Assembly: GCA_010909165.1 (NCBI GenBank)
Contig: VJWM01000259.1
Span: forward strand, 124,001 to 188,000
Direction: 5' to 3'
Length of the DNA stretch: 64,000 nt
Origin: Anthoceros angustus
Taxonomy: Eukaryota > Plantae > Anthocerotophyta
A program made the translations under genes and the position numbers. Of the stretch, positions 12,831-27,100 are shown piece by piece (position 1 is the stretch's first letter; every line of letters starts with the position of its first letter). The notes beneath the pieces were generated by a model. The model searched no databases, was not told the DNA's origin, and worked only from the letters and a program-made list of their open reading frames with translations.

Positions 12831-13599
12831 CAGCGATGCAAGTCGAAGATGCGCTCATGGCGTATGGGAGGATTAGGCCCGGTGAGAAGTTTGGATTGGG
12901 GATATGGATAGTGGGTATTATGAAACTCCGCCATGGCTGCTCAACGGAGCGAGCGAGGAAGGCGGACACCCTAAGAAGGGGAGGAAGAAGAGAAAGAAGG
13001 AAGATTGGAGCCTCCACAACATCGAGTGAGGAGGAAGTCGTCTTCATCGGGAGGAAGGAGAGGTCCAGCCACAAAATGCCAACGAGGACTCGGATGAGCA
13101 GAGGCAAAAGGAGGCCATGCGAATCCGGGACGGGGCAAGGCATGAACGCTCACACTGCGAGCGATTTTGGGGCACCACGATGTAACTCCTTCAAGAACCC
13201 CGCTGGATTCGAGGGATGACGTGCGAAAGAAGGAAGGAGAGGAGGTGGAACTCGAGTCGACATCCGGCGAAAAACCGCGGAGAGAAAAAGGATGAGTTAG
13301 GCGTTTCCGCCGATGTCGAAGGAAGTCATGGAGATGATCCGAGAGACTGGGAACACCCGACACACACCTCTGTCCACCCCCAACCGGCCATCCTGCTTCA
13401 AGCCGCACTGTGGAGCTACATGTTGCTGAAACGAGTGGAGCAAGCGAGAAGGGAGAACATGAATGGCCCTTTCAATCTGGCGGAGGCCATCATGGACCAA
13501 AAATTCATGATAACATTTGGACAGCTTCTCAGGGACAATCCGAGGTACCGCCAGCAGATCCGGTGGGCATTGAAGGCAGCACAACCCAAGAAGAGGCGG

Positions 13600-15700
13600 A
13601 CCCTTCCCAAAACAAGGCCGAGGCCCCTTGCCGTGAACATGGTGGCCATGGTCGACCAAGGTCCGTGAGCCGCAGATAGAAATCTCGGGATGCGTTATCA
13701 AGAAAGTACCTCGGATTCGGGTCCGGGGTCAACATCATGACGGAGGACACTCGGAAGTTGGAGATAGAACACACATCCAAGGTCTGCGTCTTGCGGACAT
13801 GTCCAGATGACACCGTGGGGAGCCGATCGAGTTCTAACCCATATTGGTACCATTCCGCACCTTATGGACTATGTGGTCATCAAACGAGCTCCCGGATATG
13901 ACGCTTTGATTGGCGGACGTGGATGTATGGGCGCTGTACCTTCAAGTGGGCAAGGAAGGAAGTGGGCTTCAAACCTCGGGGGACCCCAAGGTTAAGGAAG
14001 GGAGGATATGTTTATCTTGGAGTCGAGATACGTGCAGAGAGACGCCACGGAAACAGATGGCTATACTCATAGAAGACACATTTGGGGAGGAGGATGAGAA
14101 AGAGAAGTTCCGCTTGCCCACATTTCTTGGTCGGATGAAGAGCGGGACTATCGAGACATTCCCACTCCATCACTGGTGGGTTGTTATGGAGTGATTGACT
14201 GGTGTGGAAGGTACTACTGCGGTAGTGGAAGGTGGAGCAGCAGTTGTGGAAGGTGGTGGGACGGATGTGGAAGTTCTCCGGCGAAGCGTTGTTGGCGAGA
14301 TGGAGGCGGCTGGCGAGAATCGGAAGGCGGCAAGTGATGGTACGGTAAATGAGAAGGGAGATCCGGATACACCAGCCTACTTATTCGTAAATATTTGAGT
14401 TCACAGAATCAGCATCCCGGACCTTTCAAGGCAACAACATGCCTCGGTGCATTATTCGAGTCCATTTGTCCGAGGCGGCTTATATAAGGAGGGACCGGAC
14501 GGAGAGAAAGGTTGTGGGTGGTACCTCGTGACTTGGACCTACCATATGACAACAGATATATGCACTTTCCGAGGCCAACCGAGGAGCCCGGAAGGTTTGG
14601 GGATATGGATAGTGGGTATTATGAACTCGCCATGGCTGCTCAACACGGAGCGGGCGAGAGGAAGGACACCCTAAGAAGGGGAACGGGGAAGAAGAGAAAG
14701 AAGGATTGGAGCCTCCAACATCGAGTGAGGAGGAAGTCGTCTTCATCGGGCGAGGAAGGAGAGGGTCCAGCCACAAAATGCCAACGGGACTGGGATGCAA
14801 ACGGAAAAAGGGAGGCATGAATCCATGGACGGCAAGGCATGAACGCACACCCAACGCAAAATTGCGATTTTGGGGCACCACGATGTAACTCCTCAGAACC
14901 CCGCTGGATTCGAGGGGGACGAAGAAGGAGGGGAGGAACTCGAGTCGACATCCGGCGAAAACCCGCGGAGAGAAAAAGGATGAGGGTTCCGCCAGATGTC
15001 GAAGGAAGTCATGGAGATGATCCGAGAGAATCGAACAGACCCCGACACACTCCGTCACCATCGCCCACCCAACCCAGCCCACGCCATCGCTCAGACCGCA
15101 CACTGTGGAGCTACCGCGTTGCTGAAACGGGAGTGGAGCAAGCCGAGAAGGGAGAACACAATGGCCCTTTCAATCCGAGGCCATCATGGACCAAAATTCA
15201 TGATAACATTTGGACAGCTTCTCGTGGACAATCCGAGGTACCGCCACAGATCCGGGGCATTGAAGGCAAGACAACCCAAGAAGAGGCGACCCTTCCCAAA
15301 ACAAGGCCGAGGCCCCTTGCCGTGAACATGGTGGCCATGGTGACCAAGGTCCGTGAGCCGCAGATAGAAATCTGGATGCGTTATCAAGAAAGTACCGATT
15401 CGGGTCCGGGGTCAACATCATGACGGAGGACACAACCGGTTAATGGAGATAGAACACACATCCAAGGTCTGCGTCTTGCGGACATGTCCAGATGACACCG
15501 TGGGGAGCCGATCGAGTTCTAACCCATATTGGTACCATTCCGCACCTTATGGACTATGTGGTCATCAAACGTAAAGCTCCCGGATATGACGCTTTGATTG
15601 GCCGGACGTGGATGTATGGGGCGCACTGTACCTTCAAGTGGGCAAGGAAGTGGGCTTCAAACCTGGACTGGGACCCCAAGGTTAAGGAAGGGAGGATATG
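13600..15700 (+). pseudogene. Retropepsin-type aspartic protease, present twice because of a ~1.7-kb tandem duplication
   Basis: D-S-G-(S)-G-V-N-I-M with a 1-nt shift near 13714 and 15397, followed by DYVVIK...GYDALIGRTW. GGGGATATGGATAGTGGG occurs at 12898 and 14599. Confidence 0.7.
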
Positions 15701-16193
15701 TTTATCTTGGAGTGAGAGACGCACGGAAACAGATGGCTATACCTCAGAGAAGACACATTTGGGGAGGAGGATGAGAAAGAGAAGTTCCGCTTGCCCACAT
15801 TTCTTGGTCGGATGAAGAGCGGGACTATCGAGAGACATTCCCACTCCATCACCGTGGGTTGTTATGATGCTTGATCGACTGGTGTGGAAGGTACTACTGT
15901 AGTGGAAGGTGGAGCAGCAGTTGTGGAAGGTGGTGGGACTGGGTGGTGCTCCCGGCGAAGCGTTGTTCGCGGCAGAGATGGAGGGGAAGCGGCCCGCGTA
16001 ATCGGAAGACGGCAAGTGATGGTGGTAGCAAGAAATGAGAAGGGAGATCCGGATACACCAGCCTACTTATTCGTAAATATTTGAGTTCCCGGAAAGATCC
16101 CCTGACCTTTCAAGGCAACAACATGCCTCTGCATTATTCGAGTCCATTTGTCCGCCAGAGACCTTATAAGGAGGGACCGACGGAAGAGAAAGG

Positions 16194-16380
16194 TTGTGGG
16201 TGGTACCTCGTGACTTGGACCTACCATATGACAATGATATATGCACTTTCTGCAAGCTTCACCTTCGATGGATGGGGCCATATAAAGTCCTTGAAGTTTT
16301 CGCAAATGGCTCCATCTGGCTCCAATTAGATGACCTACCAACAGGTCAGCGGTTGGAGAGTCAAGAAATATTACACATGA
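16194..16380 (+). pseudogene. gypsy integrase C-terminal tail remnant
   Basis: KLHLRWMGPYKVLEVFANGS...GQRL matches the gypsy integrase tail pattern KL..RW.GPY.V....NG. Confidence 0.75.
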
Positions 16381-16402
16381 GTTGGCGAGGGCGCCAACAA
16401 AT

Positions 16403-16414
16403 GAGAAGGGAGTA
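16403..16414 (+). promoter_or_regulatory. Polypurine tract
   Basis: GAGAAGGGAGTA directly precedes the 3' LTR start TGTAAACG. Confidence 0.8.
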
Positions 16415-18322
16415 TGTAAACGATCCGTATTGGAAACTCCTGTTGGATTGTGTCTTTGAGTGATTTTTGTTTTTTTAAGTTTGGTGTCAAGAAGAGCTAG
16501 GTTATGAGTAGGAAGGGATATTTATAGTAGAAAGTGTCCTTGGCCTATGAGTTTTGGGTTGTTTGTGGGTTAAATAATAATCGGTCCTTGGACTATGAAC
16601 TCGATACTCCTTGGCCTTTGGTCTTGGAATATTTAATAAAAGGCCTATATATGGGGGGTCCCCATATTTGGCAGTGTAGGCTAGAGGTCGAACCAACCGG
16701 TAGTTGAACGGTGTGTGTGGGGTGTCACGGGGACTATGTTTGAAGGTTGGCCGCGGTGGGTCGTGGAAGGAAGGAGTCGGAAGAAGAAGTGGTAGCGCCG
16801 GTTGGCGTGAGTTTTGGGAAATATAACCCTAAGGGAACTCGGAAGGCACGGCCGGTGGTAGCTCAGACGATCCACAGCGGGCACGAGCACGAGCATAAAG
16901 GCAGGCCACAGTGGCGGGAGCTCGCGATTCTGGAAGGAAGAAACCACAGATTGACCAAGTTGGAGATTCGGCGAGTTATCAGCAATTGAGGCGTAGGCGT
17001 GAGGGTTTTGCAGAGCATGGCGCCCAAGGTTGCGGAAATTTCGGCCCAATGGCCAAATATGGACCATTGGAGGTCCGAGGTGGAGGATTGGTGAGGGAGC
17101 TGGGACTTGGGATCATGGAAAACAAAGGGAGAGTTTATGGGAGGATTTTCCGGATCGACGAGGAAGGAGGACCCATAAATTCAGCAGCAAAGGACGAAGG
17201 GCCAGCGACCAAATCGGAGTGCGGAGATAACATGGGCGGGAGTAGTGGCATCCTAGGAATAGAACTTTGGATAGGATGCCATCTTGGACCTAAGGCCGTC
17301 CAAAATTGTAGGCGCCTCTTGGCGTTTGCTTTTAGGACTGGAAAGTCGGTGGCTATGGCCAAACAATTGTATAAAGGGGCTTGGTTGTGCCCCTCACGAG
17401 ATAACTCTGGTTGAGATCCCCACGCTGCCTGTGGCTGGTTGGAGACGTCCGATTGAGGAGGTGGTGTGCGAGGCGCTCCTAGGGGTGGTCGAGCTTGCTC
17501 ACGGGGGGGAGGAGGGGTGATAGAGCAATCTTTCGACAAAGGAGGAGGAAACCAAGGGATTGGCGGCGGGTCGGAGCTTGCTGTGGCCTCCCTGGGGTTC
17601 TTCTTTCCTTCACCCTTGTTCCTTAGTTGTGTTCAAATTGAGAGAGAAGTGTTGAGTGGATGGTTGGAAGCCGCGGGTGAGGAGAGAGAGAGAGAGAGAA
17701 GATTGGGTGAAGGAGTGACTAAACAACATCACGCTGATCACGAGGTGTAAGAGGAGTTGAGAAGGGAACTAATTGAGAGACTAACGGTGGAGATTTGTGT
17801 GGATCCAAAAGAATCCAAACCGGTCTTTGGTGGAAGTGTGCAAGGAAACAGCGTTCCTTGTAAATTGTGTGAGTGTGGCGCCTTGTGTGTGTGTGTGAAG
17901 CGGTGAGGATTTGTGGAACTTTGGTCCCTAGGAATCGGTGTGTGTGTGAAGTGAGTGAATGCCGATAAAGTTACCGCAGTGATGGGGCCCGTGCGAGATC
18001 CATGGCGCGTCTTGTGAAATAAGTCGCTAGGGTTTGGTGTGGACCCACCTCGGTGGTCGAGCAACTACCGGTGAGAATAAGATCGTGGAATAAGATTTGT
18101 CGTGGAATAAGATTGTGGTAGCTAGAGTCGAGGTAGTAGTGGTTGAGTAGATAGGTAAGAGGAGTAATAGCAAGTAAGTCGACTTAGGTGAAGGTCGATG
18201 GCGATAGAAGTTAGCGTCTCTTGGCACAAACCATTCCCTTGGGAGCGAATCCTAAGCCTACAACGACATTGAGGGTGAATGTGGACCTCACGGTGTCCCC
18301 GGACACGAATCCACACTCCACA
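16415..18322 (+). repeat. 3' LTR (1908 bp)
   Basis: Collinear with the 5' LTR minus the 736-bp duplication; ends CTCCACA before the TSD. Confidence 0.9.
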
Positions 18323-19043
18323 TGGCTCAACCGCCACCGCTCACGAATTCTTGGACCCTAATGCTAAGCGTGATCCGATAATCCCTATTGGATCTACCCC
18401 TCACATTGTTGAAATCCAACAAGAGGTGGATGAAACTTACCTAGCCGAGGGCATCACACTTGGAAAGTGGGTGCACTTTCTTAGCATGCAAATTTACATT
18501 GAGGATCCCATCCTTAGAACTTATAAAACCTATAAGTTGGACAAACAACGGGCTCTCCCATTCAAACATGCGCAATACATCCATTTGGACTCTAACATAC
18601 CAATTCGCCAAGCATACAATGTGATTGTATCCCAAGTGTTCCCCATACTCTATGTATCTAGTGAGGCCTCACTAGCTTACATAGAACTCGTGGAATTTAT
18701 TAAAGCCTTCGTCAATAATGGCTTTAGGAAACTTGTACAAACTTGGAAATATTGTAAAAAAATGCTTAATGCTTGGAACCTTCCCCGGTCTTAAGTTCCC
18801 ACTTGAGGATCTTGTTAGCATGTTCACCTAATACCCCCACATATAACTTCTCTCTATGGGATGTTTAGATAGATTTATGTATATGATGCTTCATGCATCA
18901 TGTTTTTTCTGTCATTTTATTACAATTATATTTCCTTTTTGGCAGTGGTATACAATATCCTTGGATCAAGGGCATTTGTATACCTCATTTGCCCCGATCC
19001 AAAAAGGAATATATTTGTAAATTCAACCACGGAGAGTGGAGGG
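18323..19043 (+). pseudogene. PLE core copy 1, 3' part (RT thumb, stop at 18829-18831, 3' flank)
   Basis: AHEFLDPNAKRD...YKTYKLDKQRALPFKHAQYIHLDSN...SQVFPILYVSS (ORF 18279-18794) continues the frame broken at 7669, as in uninterrupted copy 2. Confidence 0.88.
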
Positions 19044-19071
19044 TATCTATCTATCTATCTATCCATCTATC

Positions 19072-22000
19072 CAAGAGAGAGTTATGTTCCCTATGAGATC
19101 CATGAATTTGCCCTTTGTGTGCCCATAGATTGGTGCTTCTAAATGATGTTTATCCATCCCAAACATCCCATCGATGAACTAGTAAATCTATTCCTTCAAT
19201 GTTTACGTAATACTAATTTGTGAAGGAATTTTTATTGATTTTATTTGTTATTTACCCTTTATTATTTTCTTACTAATATGGTTGTTTTCCTTGATTTTTG
19301 AGATAAATTTTAATTCAAGAAAGTCTAATATGTATGCAGGTTTTATTTGTCTTTTTGGATAATAAATTTGGAAGCGTGATGTTTACAAGTATCTTTCATA
19401 TGTTTTGTTTTTGACCTTAGAGAGGTGTCTAACTCATAAAAATGCACCATTAGACTCTTGATAACTATGGAGTGAATAGAATATGAATATGCTTGCCTTT
19501 TCCAACTGGCTATCACCTTTTATTGGTAGAAGGACATAGTGCCTTACCCACTTGGGCATATTAACACCTCATATGGGCCATGTGTGCATTTATGACCTCG
19601 GACCTTGTTTCACTTTTAATATATACTACTAGGCTATAAATGAGGGATTTGATCTATGTGCATGTTTGTTAAAGATGGGTTGATTCCTTGTGGGTTATCA
19701 TTGGTAGGAATGGCTGCCCAATATGATTATATAACTTGTGAGCCGGTGGTTGGATAGAATTTGCTACCCAATGAAATCCCTTCCTCCAAACTTTGGTTGG
19801 GGTTCCTCCTTCCTCTCCTATGCTTAGCCTCTACCTTTGATGATTGTCATTCTCTCTATTGCTCCCGCCTCTATTTGCGTGATCACCTTACTTAGTACCT
19901 TGGTCTCTTTGTCGCGTTGCCTCCCCAAGCTAGCCATGGCTACCAAGGTTGAACCTTTTCTCCTCTCTTTACTTCACTATGCAACCTTAGAATTAGTGGA
20001 TGTGCAATGGATCCCGCCTCACCAAGGATCCAAACGGGCCGATGATCCCTTTTGGTGGTCAAGAAGGGAAGGGGAGGGGTGTTGACCAACACCATCTCTG
20101 CATCCAAGAAGCTAGACCTTGATTTGGTCATCTGGTCTAGTCTTCTAAACCTCAAGTTGGTTTTTTTTCGGTATGATCTAGAAGCAGCTGGATAGATGAC
20201 ACGATGACTGCTAGGGTTTGTGTCTTACTGCTTCAAAATATCTGGTTTGATCAACACAAGATACTTCGTGCTCCGGCAGGCTGACGTGGCTATAAATGTG
20301 TTGTTGTTCGTGCTGCATTGTTTGTCTGGATGCCTCGTATTGGATGCATGTACTGGAATCGTCATCCGTTGGGATACTGACTCAAGGTCCTGCTTAGGTG
20401 AAGCATCTGACTGCATCTTGCGTAGCTCGATCGCACGTGAGAGGCGTGTCGATGTTTGATACATGTAGCAAGGAATGACGGTGGCCGTGGGAGGACAACG
20501 TCGCAGTTGAATGATGAGAAAATAGGTGGTATCTTGTTGTTTGGCTTCACCGACGATCTGCGAGCACAAGATTGCATGTGAATGGCTTCAAGATAGCATG
20601 CGATAGATATTGTGCTACCGGATGCTCGCTAAGCTTACGGGGATGTCGATCTAGTTTTGCATATCGCGTTGCTACGGTTGGATGTACGCTGATATCGTAA
20701 GATTGCATCGAATATTGGGAGTCCGCGAGGACAAGGGCCTCTTTGGACGCGCTTTTGATCGAAGACGTTGGACGATCGCTGGTTTTGCTCCCTCGCCATC
20801 GCTCATGGATTGCTTGCTAGGAATGATTATCTCGGTTGAGGGTTCCACTGGCTCGCCGTGCTTGGAGCCATACAAAGTGGCGCTTGCAAGTGGTGCTGCA
20901 GGCGACCTGTTGGTTTTGCTTCCACGATGGTTGTTTGCTGTTGACTGCTGGAAATTGATATCGTGCGGTGAATAGCACGACGTCACCGTGGGTCGGATGC
21001 GGTGGTGGATCCAGACGGGGTTGTACGTCGATCTAAAACGTGAACGGGATGACCATACGGCTACCAGTAATTTGCTTGGTGACCCGTCTCACGAGAGGTG
21101 TGTCACGCCCAGTGAGGATCGACTATGGGCAAGGAAAAAAAGGGGCTGTGGGGGTGGGGGCGATTGATTAGTCTGGCCTCTTTGGACGCGATTTTGACCG
21201 GACGGGTTGGAGGATTGCTGGTTTTTCGCTCCCGCCATCGCTCATGGATTGCTTGGGAATGATGACCATATGGTTTGATGGTTCTGCGTGGCTGCCGATG
21301 CTTGGAGCCATACAAGTGGCGCGCAAGCGGTGACGACCCGATGGTTTTGCTACCACGGTGGATGTTCCTTTGACTGGCTTGGTGTCCTGTGGTGATTAGC
21401 ACGATGTCGCTACGGTGCGGATCGGATGGGCGGATGGGTGGATCCAGACGGGGTTGTCGATCTAAAACTTGATCGGATGGCCATGCGCCAATCCTTTGTC
21501 ACAACCGGATCGGTGATGCGGCGGTGCCGACCCGCACGTGGGCTTGTGATGGGTGATCGGTAGCGTGCGGCAGAGAAAACGATCGGCAATAAACGCACGC
21601 CGTTTGCTTACTGCGAATGCATGAGGATGTAGTGATTGAGATTGGTGTAACTTGAAGAGAAAATGATACGGTGGTAGCGCTGCAAGGAAGTGTGTGATGG
21701 CCGAGACCGGTGAGCGACTGGAGAGAAAAAGATGCGAGGTGCACGTCTATTGGTGACAATGATACCGTGGGTATGTGATGATGGAGCTAGCGACGGTGGG
21801 ACTTGTTTGATTCAAGGATGTGTATGAAATTGTGAAGGTGAGACTAGTGAGCGACTGGAGAAAACGATCCTCATCAAGTGGATGCACGCTTGCTTGCTTC
21901 GCAAGCATCTGAGTAGGTATGTAATGGTTGAGACTCATGAGCGCCCGGAGAAAACGATGTAGGCTGGATGCACGTTGTATACTTGCTGCAAGGATGCATG

Positions 22001-24082
22001 TGGGTGTTTGATGATTGAGACTGATGAACGGCCTAGAGAAAACAATGCAAGCAATGATGCACACTGTCTGCTTGCTGCAAGGATGCATGTGGGTTTGTGA
22101 TATTGAGACTGGTCAGCAGTTTGGAGAGAAAACGAGACAGGCAATGGATGCACACTACTCCCTTGCTACAAGGATGCTTGCGGTTAAGGCTTTTTGATAA
22201 CTTACCAGGGTGACATACCAACCATGGGCCACATATGGTGAACTGGTCTGTTCTGCTACTTTGATAACCACGACAAAATTAAAGGTGACATGCATGATTT
22301 TTCTTTCTCATGAACAGCTGATGTTCCTATTTGCCTGTTGATCCTGGTTGCTAGCATGCTGAAAAATGGAGGAGTGCTTATAGACATCTTGGTTCACTTC
22401 CTATCGATTCGATGTAAACTACCTCCGACGGGGTTGTACGTCGATCTAAAAGCGTGAGCAGGATGACCATGCGGCTACCGATTTGCTTGGTGACCCGTCT
22501 CACGAGAGGTGTGTCACGCCCACCGTGAGGATCGACTATGGGCAAGGAAAAAAAGGGGTGGGGCCTGGTGATTATTGTCACTTGGCCTCTTTGGACGCTT
22601 GATTTTGACCGGACGGGTTGGAGGATTCTGGTTTTGCTCCCGCCGCCATCGCTCATGGATTGCTTCGGGAATGATGACCATATGGTTTGATGGTTCTGCG
22701 TGGCTGCCGATGCTTGGAGCCATACAAGTGGCGCGCAAGCGGTGACGACCCGATGGTTTTGCTACCACGGTGGATGTTCACTGCTGATTGGTGTCTGTGG
22801 TGATTAGCACGATGTCGCTACGGTGCGGATCTTGGATGGGCGGGATGGGTGGATCCAGGGCCAGGGTTGTCGATCTAAAACTTGACCGGGATGGCCATGC
22901 GGTGCCAACTTTTTGTCACAACCAGGGATCCGGTGATGCGGCGGTGTCTTCTCGCACGCGGGCTTGTGATGGCGTGCGGCACGAGAGAAAACGATCGGCA
23001 ATAAACGCACGCCGTTTGCTTACTGCGAGAATGCATGAGGATCTGTAGTGATTGAGATTGGTGTAACTTGAAGAGAAAATGAATCACAGTGGCTATCTGC
23101 TGCAAGGAAGTGTGTGATGGTCGAGGCCGGTGAGCGACTGGAGAGAAAAAGATCTGAGAGGTGCACCGTCTATTGGTGACAATGATACCGTGGGTATGTG
23201 ATGATGGAGGCTAGCGGCCGATGTGGATGCACTTGCTTTGATTCGCAAGGATGTGTATGAAATTGTGACGGCCGACTAGAGCGACCGAAAAACGATCCTC
23301 ATCAAGTGGATGCACGCTTGCTTGCTTTGCAAGCATGTAGGTATGTAATGGTTGAGACTCATGAGCGGCCCGGAGAAAAAAAGCGATGTGAAATGGATGC
23401 ACGTTGTATACTTGCCGCAAGGATGCATGTGGGTGTTTGATGATTGAGGCTGATGAACGGCTAGAGAAAATAATGCAAGCAATGATGCACATGCGCTTTG
23501 CAAGGATGCATGTGGGTTTGTGATATTGAGACCGGTGATTGAGAGAAAAGCAGACAGGCTATAGATAAACACTACTCCTTGCTACAAGGATGCCTAAAGG
23601 TTTTGATAACTTACCAGGTGACATACCAACCATGGACCACATATGGTGAAGCTCTGCTCGCTACTTGGCAACCACGAAATTAATGGTGACATGCATGATT
23701 TTTCTCTCATGAACAGATGTTCCTATTTGCACATGATCCACTAGCATCTTTGAAAAATGGAAGAGTGCTTATAGACATCTTGGTTCACTTCCTATCGATT
23801 CGATGTAGTCGCTCTTAACTACTTACCAAGCGGGGGAAATTGCGGACACATTGCATGCCTTTACACAATCATCCGTGTGCACGCTACAAATGTGATATAC
23901 TCATACCAATGGAGGGGGCGGATCGGATCTCACACATGGGGTTGCTTACGAATTAGGAGACCTATGGTCGAACTTGGAAAATCCTTCCACAGGATTCGGA
24001 TTTTAAAATATATCTCTAAACAGCAGCTTTGCTTGAAATGACCGCTAGGTCAGCATGCATTTATGCGATGTAGTCTAGGAAA
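19072..24082 (+). repeat. U block copy 2 (~5.0 kb, internal ~1.4-kb duplication)
   Basis: Starts CAAGAGAGAGTTATGTTCC and ends GATGTAGTCTAGGAAAT; jumps back near 22425. Confidence 0.9.
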
Positions 24083-24100
24083 TCTATCTATCCATCTATC

Positions 24101-27100
24101 CAAGAGAGAGTTATGTTCCTATGAGATCCATGAATTTGCCCTTTGTGTGCCCATAGATTGGTGCTTCTAAATGATGTTTATCCATCCCAAACATCCCATC
24201 GATGAACTAAGTAAATCTATTCCTTCAATGTTTACGTAATACTAATTTGTGAAGGAATTTTTATTGATTTTATTTATTATTTACCCTTTATTATTTTCTT
24301 ACTAATATGGTTGTTTTCCTTGATTTTTGAGATAAATTTTAATTCAAGAAAGTCTAATATGTATGCAGGTTTTATTTGTCTTTTGGATAATAAACTTGGA
24401 AGCGTGATGTTTACAAGTATCTTTCATATGTTTTGTTTTTGACCTTAGAGAGGTGTCTAACCCATAAAAATGCACCATTAGACTCTTGATAACTATGGAG
24501 TGAATAGAATATGAATATGCTTGCCTTTTTCCAACTGGCTATCACCTTTTATTGGTAGAAGGACATAGTGCCTTACCCACTTGGGCATATTAACACCTCA
24601 TATGGGCCATGTGTACATTTATGACCTCGGACCTTGTCTCACTTTTAATATATACTACTAGGCTATAAATGAGGGATCTGACCTATGTGCATGTTTGTTA
24701 AAGATGGGTTGATTCCTTGTGGGTTATCATTGGTAGGAATGGCTGCCCAATAGGATTATATAACTTGTGAGCCGTGGTTGGATAGAATTTGCTACCCAAT
24801 GAAATCCCTTCCCTCAAACTTTGGTTGGGGTTCCTCCCTTCCTCTCCTATGCTTAGCCTCTACCTTTGATGATTGTCATTCTCTCTATTGCTCCCCGCCT
24901 CTATTTGCGTGATCACCTTACTTAGTACCTTGGTCTCTTTGTCGCGTTGCCTCCCCAAGCTAGCCATGGCTACCAAGGTTGAACCTTTTCTCCTCTCTTC
25001 TACTTCACTATGCAACCTTAGAATTAGTGGATGTGCAATGGATCCCGTCTCACCAAGGATCCGAAACGGGGATGATCCCTTTTGGTGGTGAAGAAGGAAG
25101 GGGAGGTGTTGACCAACACCATCTTTGCATCCAAGAAGCTAGACCTTGATTTGGTCATGGTCTAGTCTTCTAAACCTCAAGTTGTTTTTCGGTATGATCT
25201 AGAAGCGTGGATAGATGACTCAATGATTGCTAGGGTTTGTGTCTTACGGATTCAAAATACAGTTTGATCAACACAAGATACTTCGTGCTCCGGCGGTGGC
25301 GTGGCTATGAATGTCGTTGTTCGTGCTGCAATTTTTATCGGATGCCTCGTATTGGATGCATGTCTGGAATCGTCATCCTTTGGGATCGACTCAAGGTCCT
25401 CTTGAAGCATCGCATCTTGCGTAGGTTTTGCCTGTGAGGCGATATTGATGTTTGATACATGTAGCAAGGAATGACGGTGGCGTGGGAGGACAACGACGCA
25501 GTTGAATGACAAAATAGGTGGTATCTTGTTGTTTGGCTTCAACGATCGAGCACAAGATTGCATGTGAATGGCTTCAAGATAGCATGCGATAGATATTGTG
25601 CTACCGGATGCTCGCTAAGCTTCATGGGATGTCGATCTAGTTTTGCATATCGCGTTGCTACCACGGTTGGATGTACCGCTGTGATCGTAAGATTGCACCG
25701 AATATTGGGAGTCCGAGGACAAGGGCCTCTTTGGACGCGCTTTTGATCGGACGGGTTGGGATTGCTGGTTTCTTCCTCGCCATCGCTCATGGATTGCTTG
25801 CTAGGAATCATTATCTCGGTTGAGGGTTCCTGGCTCCGTGCTTGGAGCCATACAAGTGGCGCGTGCAAGTGGTGCGCAGCGACTGGTTTTGCTTCCACGA
25901 TGGGTTCTTTGTTAGCTGGAAATTGATGTCGTCGGTGCATAGCACGTCTTTACCGTGGGTGCTGGATATGCGTGTGGATCGGACGGGTTGGGATTGCTGG
26001 TTTCTTGCTCCTGCGCCATCGCTCATGGATTGCTTGCTAGGAATCATTATCTCGGTTGAGGGTTCCACTGTGCTGCCGTGCTTGGAGCCATACAAGTGGC
26101 GCGTGCAAGTGGTGCGCAGCGACTGGTTTTGCTTCCACGATGGGCTTTCTTTGATTGCTGGAAATTGATGTCGTCGGTGCATAGCACGACGTCTGCCTGG
26201 TGGGTGCTGGATATGCGTGGATCGAGGCGGGGTTGTCGTCGATCTAAACGTGAACGGATGACCATGCGGCTACGATGAATTTGCTTGTGACCCGTCTCAC
26301 GGAGAGGTGTGTCTGACGCCTCGGTGAGGATCGACTATGGGCAAGAAAAAAGGGGCAGGGGGGCGATTTTGTCTGCGCCTCTTTTGACGCGATTTTGACC
26401 GGACGGGTTGGAGGATTGCTGGTTTTTCTGCGCCGCCGCTCATGGATTGCTTCGAATGATGACCATATGGTTTGAGTTCTGGCGCCAGCTTGGAGCCATA
26501 CAAGTGGCGCGCAAGCGGTGAGACGACGATGGTTTTGCTACCACGGTGGATGTTCACGCTGAGCAGGGAATTGGTGTCTGTGGTGATTAGCACGATGTCC
26601 GGTGCGGATCTTTGGATGGGCGGGATGGGTGGATCCAGACGGGTTGTCGATCTAAAACTTGACCGGGATGGCCATGCGGGCCAATCCTTTTGTCTGGCCG
26701 ATCGGTGATGCGGTCTTGACCCCGCACGTGGGCTTGTGATGTGGTGCGTCGGCTGGAGAGCGATCGGCAATGCGCCGCGCTTTGCTTACTGCGAGAATGC
26801 ATGAGGATGTGTAGTGATTGAGATTGGTGCAACCATGAGAAAATGATACGTGGTATCTGCGCAAGGAAGTGTGTGATGGGCGGGAGTGGTGACTTGGAGA
26901 GAAAAGATGCGGTGAGGGTGCCGCTTGGTGACCCGTCTCACGGAGAGGTGTGTCTGACGCCCACCGGTGAGGATCGACTATGGGCAAGAAAGGGTGGGGC
27001 GGGGGCGATTGTCTGCCGGCCTCTTTGGACGCGACACCGGACGGGTTGGAGGATTCTTGGTTTTTCGCCCCTACGCCATCGCTCATGGATTGCTTGGGAA

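Larger units (their letters stand above)
7670..18322 (+). mobile_element. Ty3/gypsy LTR retrotransposon, internally deleted or non-autonomous, inserted in the PLE RT
   Basis: TG...CA LTRs at both ends, 5-bp TSD TGGCT (7665-7669 and 18323-18327), PBS-like site, PPT, gag, CCHC knuckle, protease, integrase C-terminal tail. Confidence 0.92.

Noticed and set aside
19837-20085. Hydrophobic ~70-80-aa ORF in U (MIVILSIAPASICV..)
   Set aside because: Length and termini differ between U copies, and nothing beyond repeat identity suggests it is coding.
20735-21560. Template/variable repeat pair of a diversity-generating retroelement (two diverged units near an RT)
   Set aside because: Differences involve all bases and indels rather than being adenine-specific, and the RT has PLE motifs, not DGR motifs.
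22021-22041. Hammerhead-like CTGATGA-N10-GAAA (also at 23450, 37931, 49641)
   Set aside because: No paired stem II and no downstream stem I complement or NUH site; other U copies have GTGATGA or GCGATGA.
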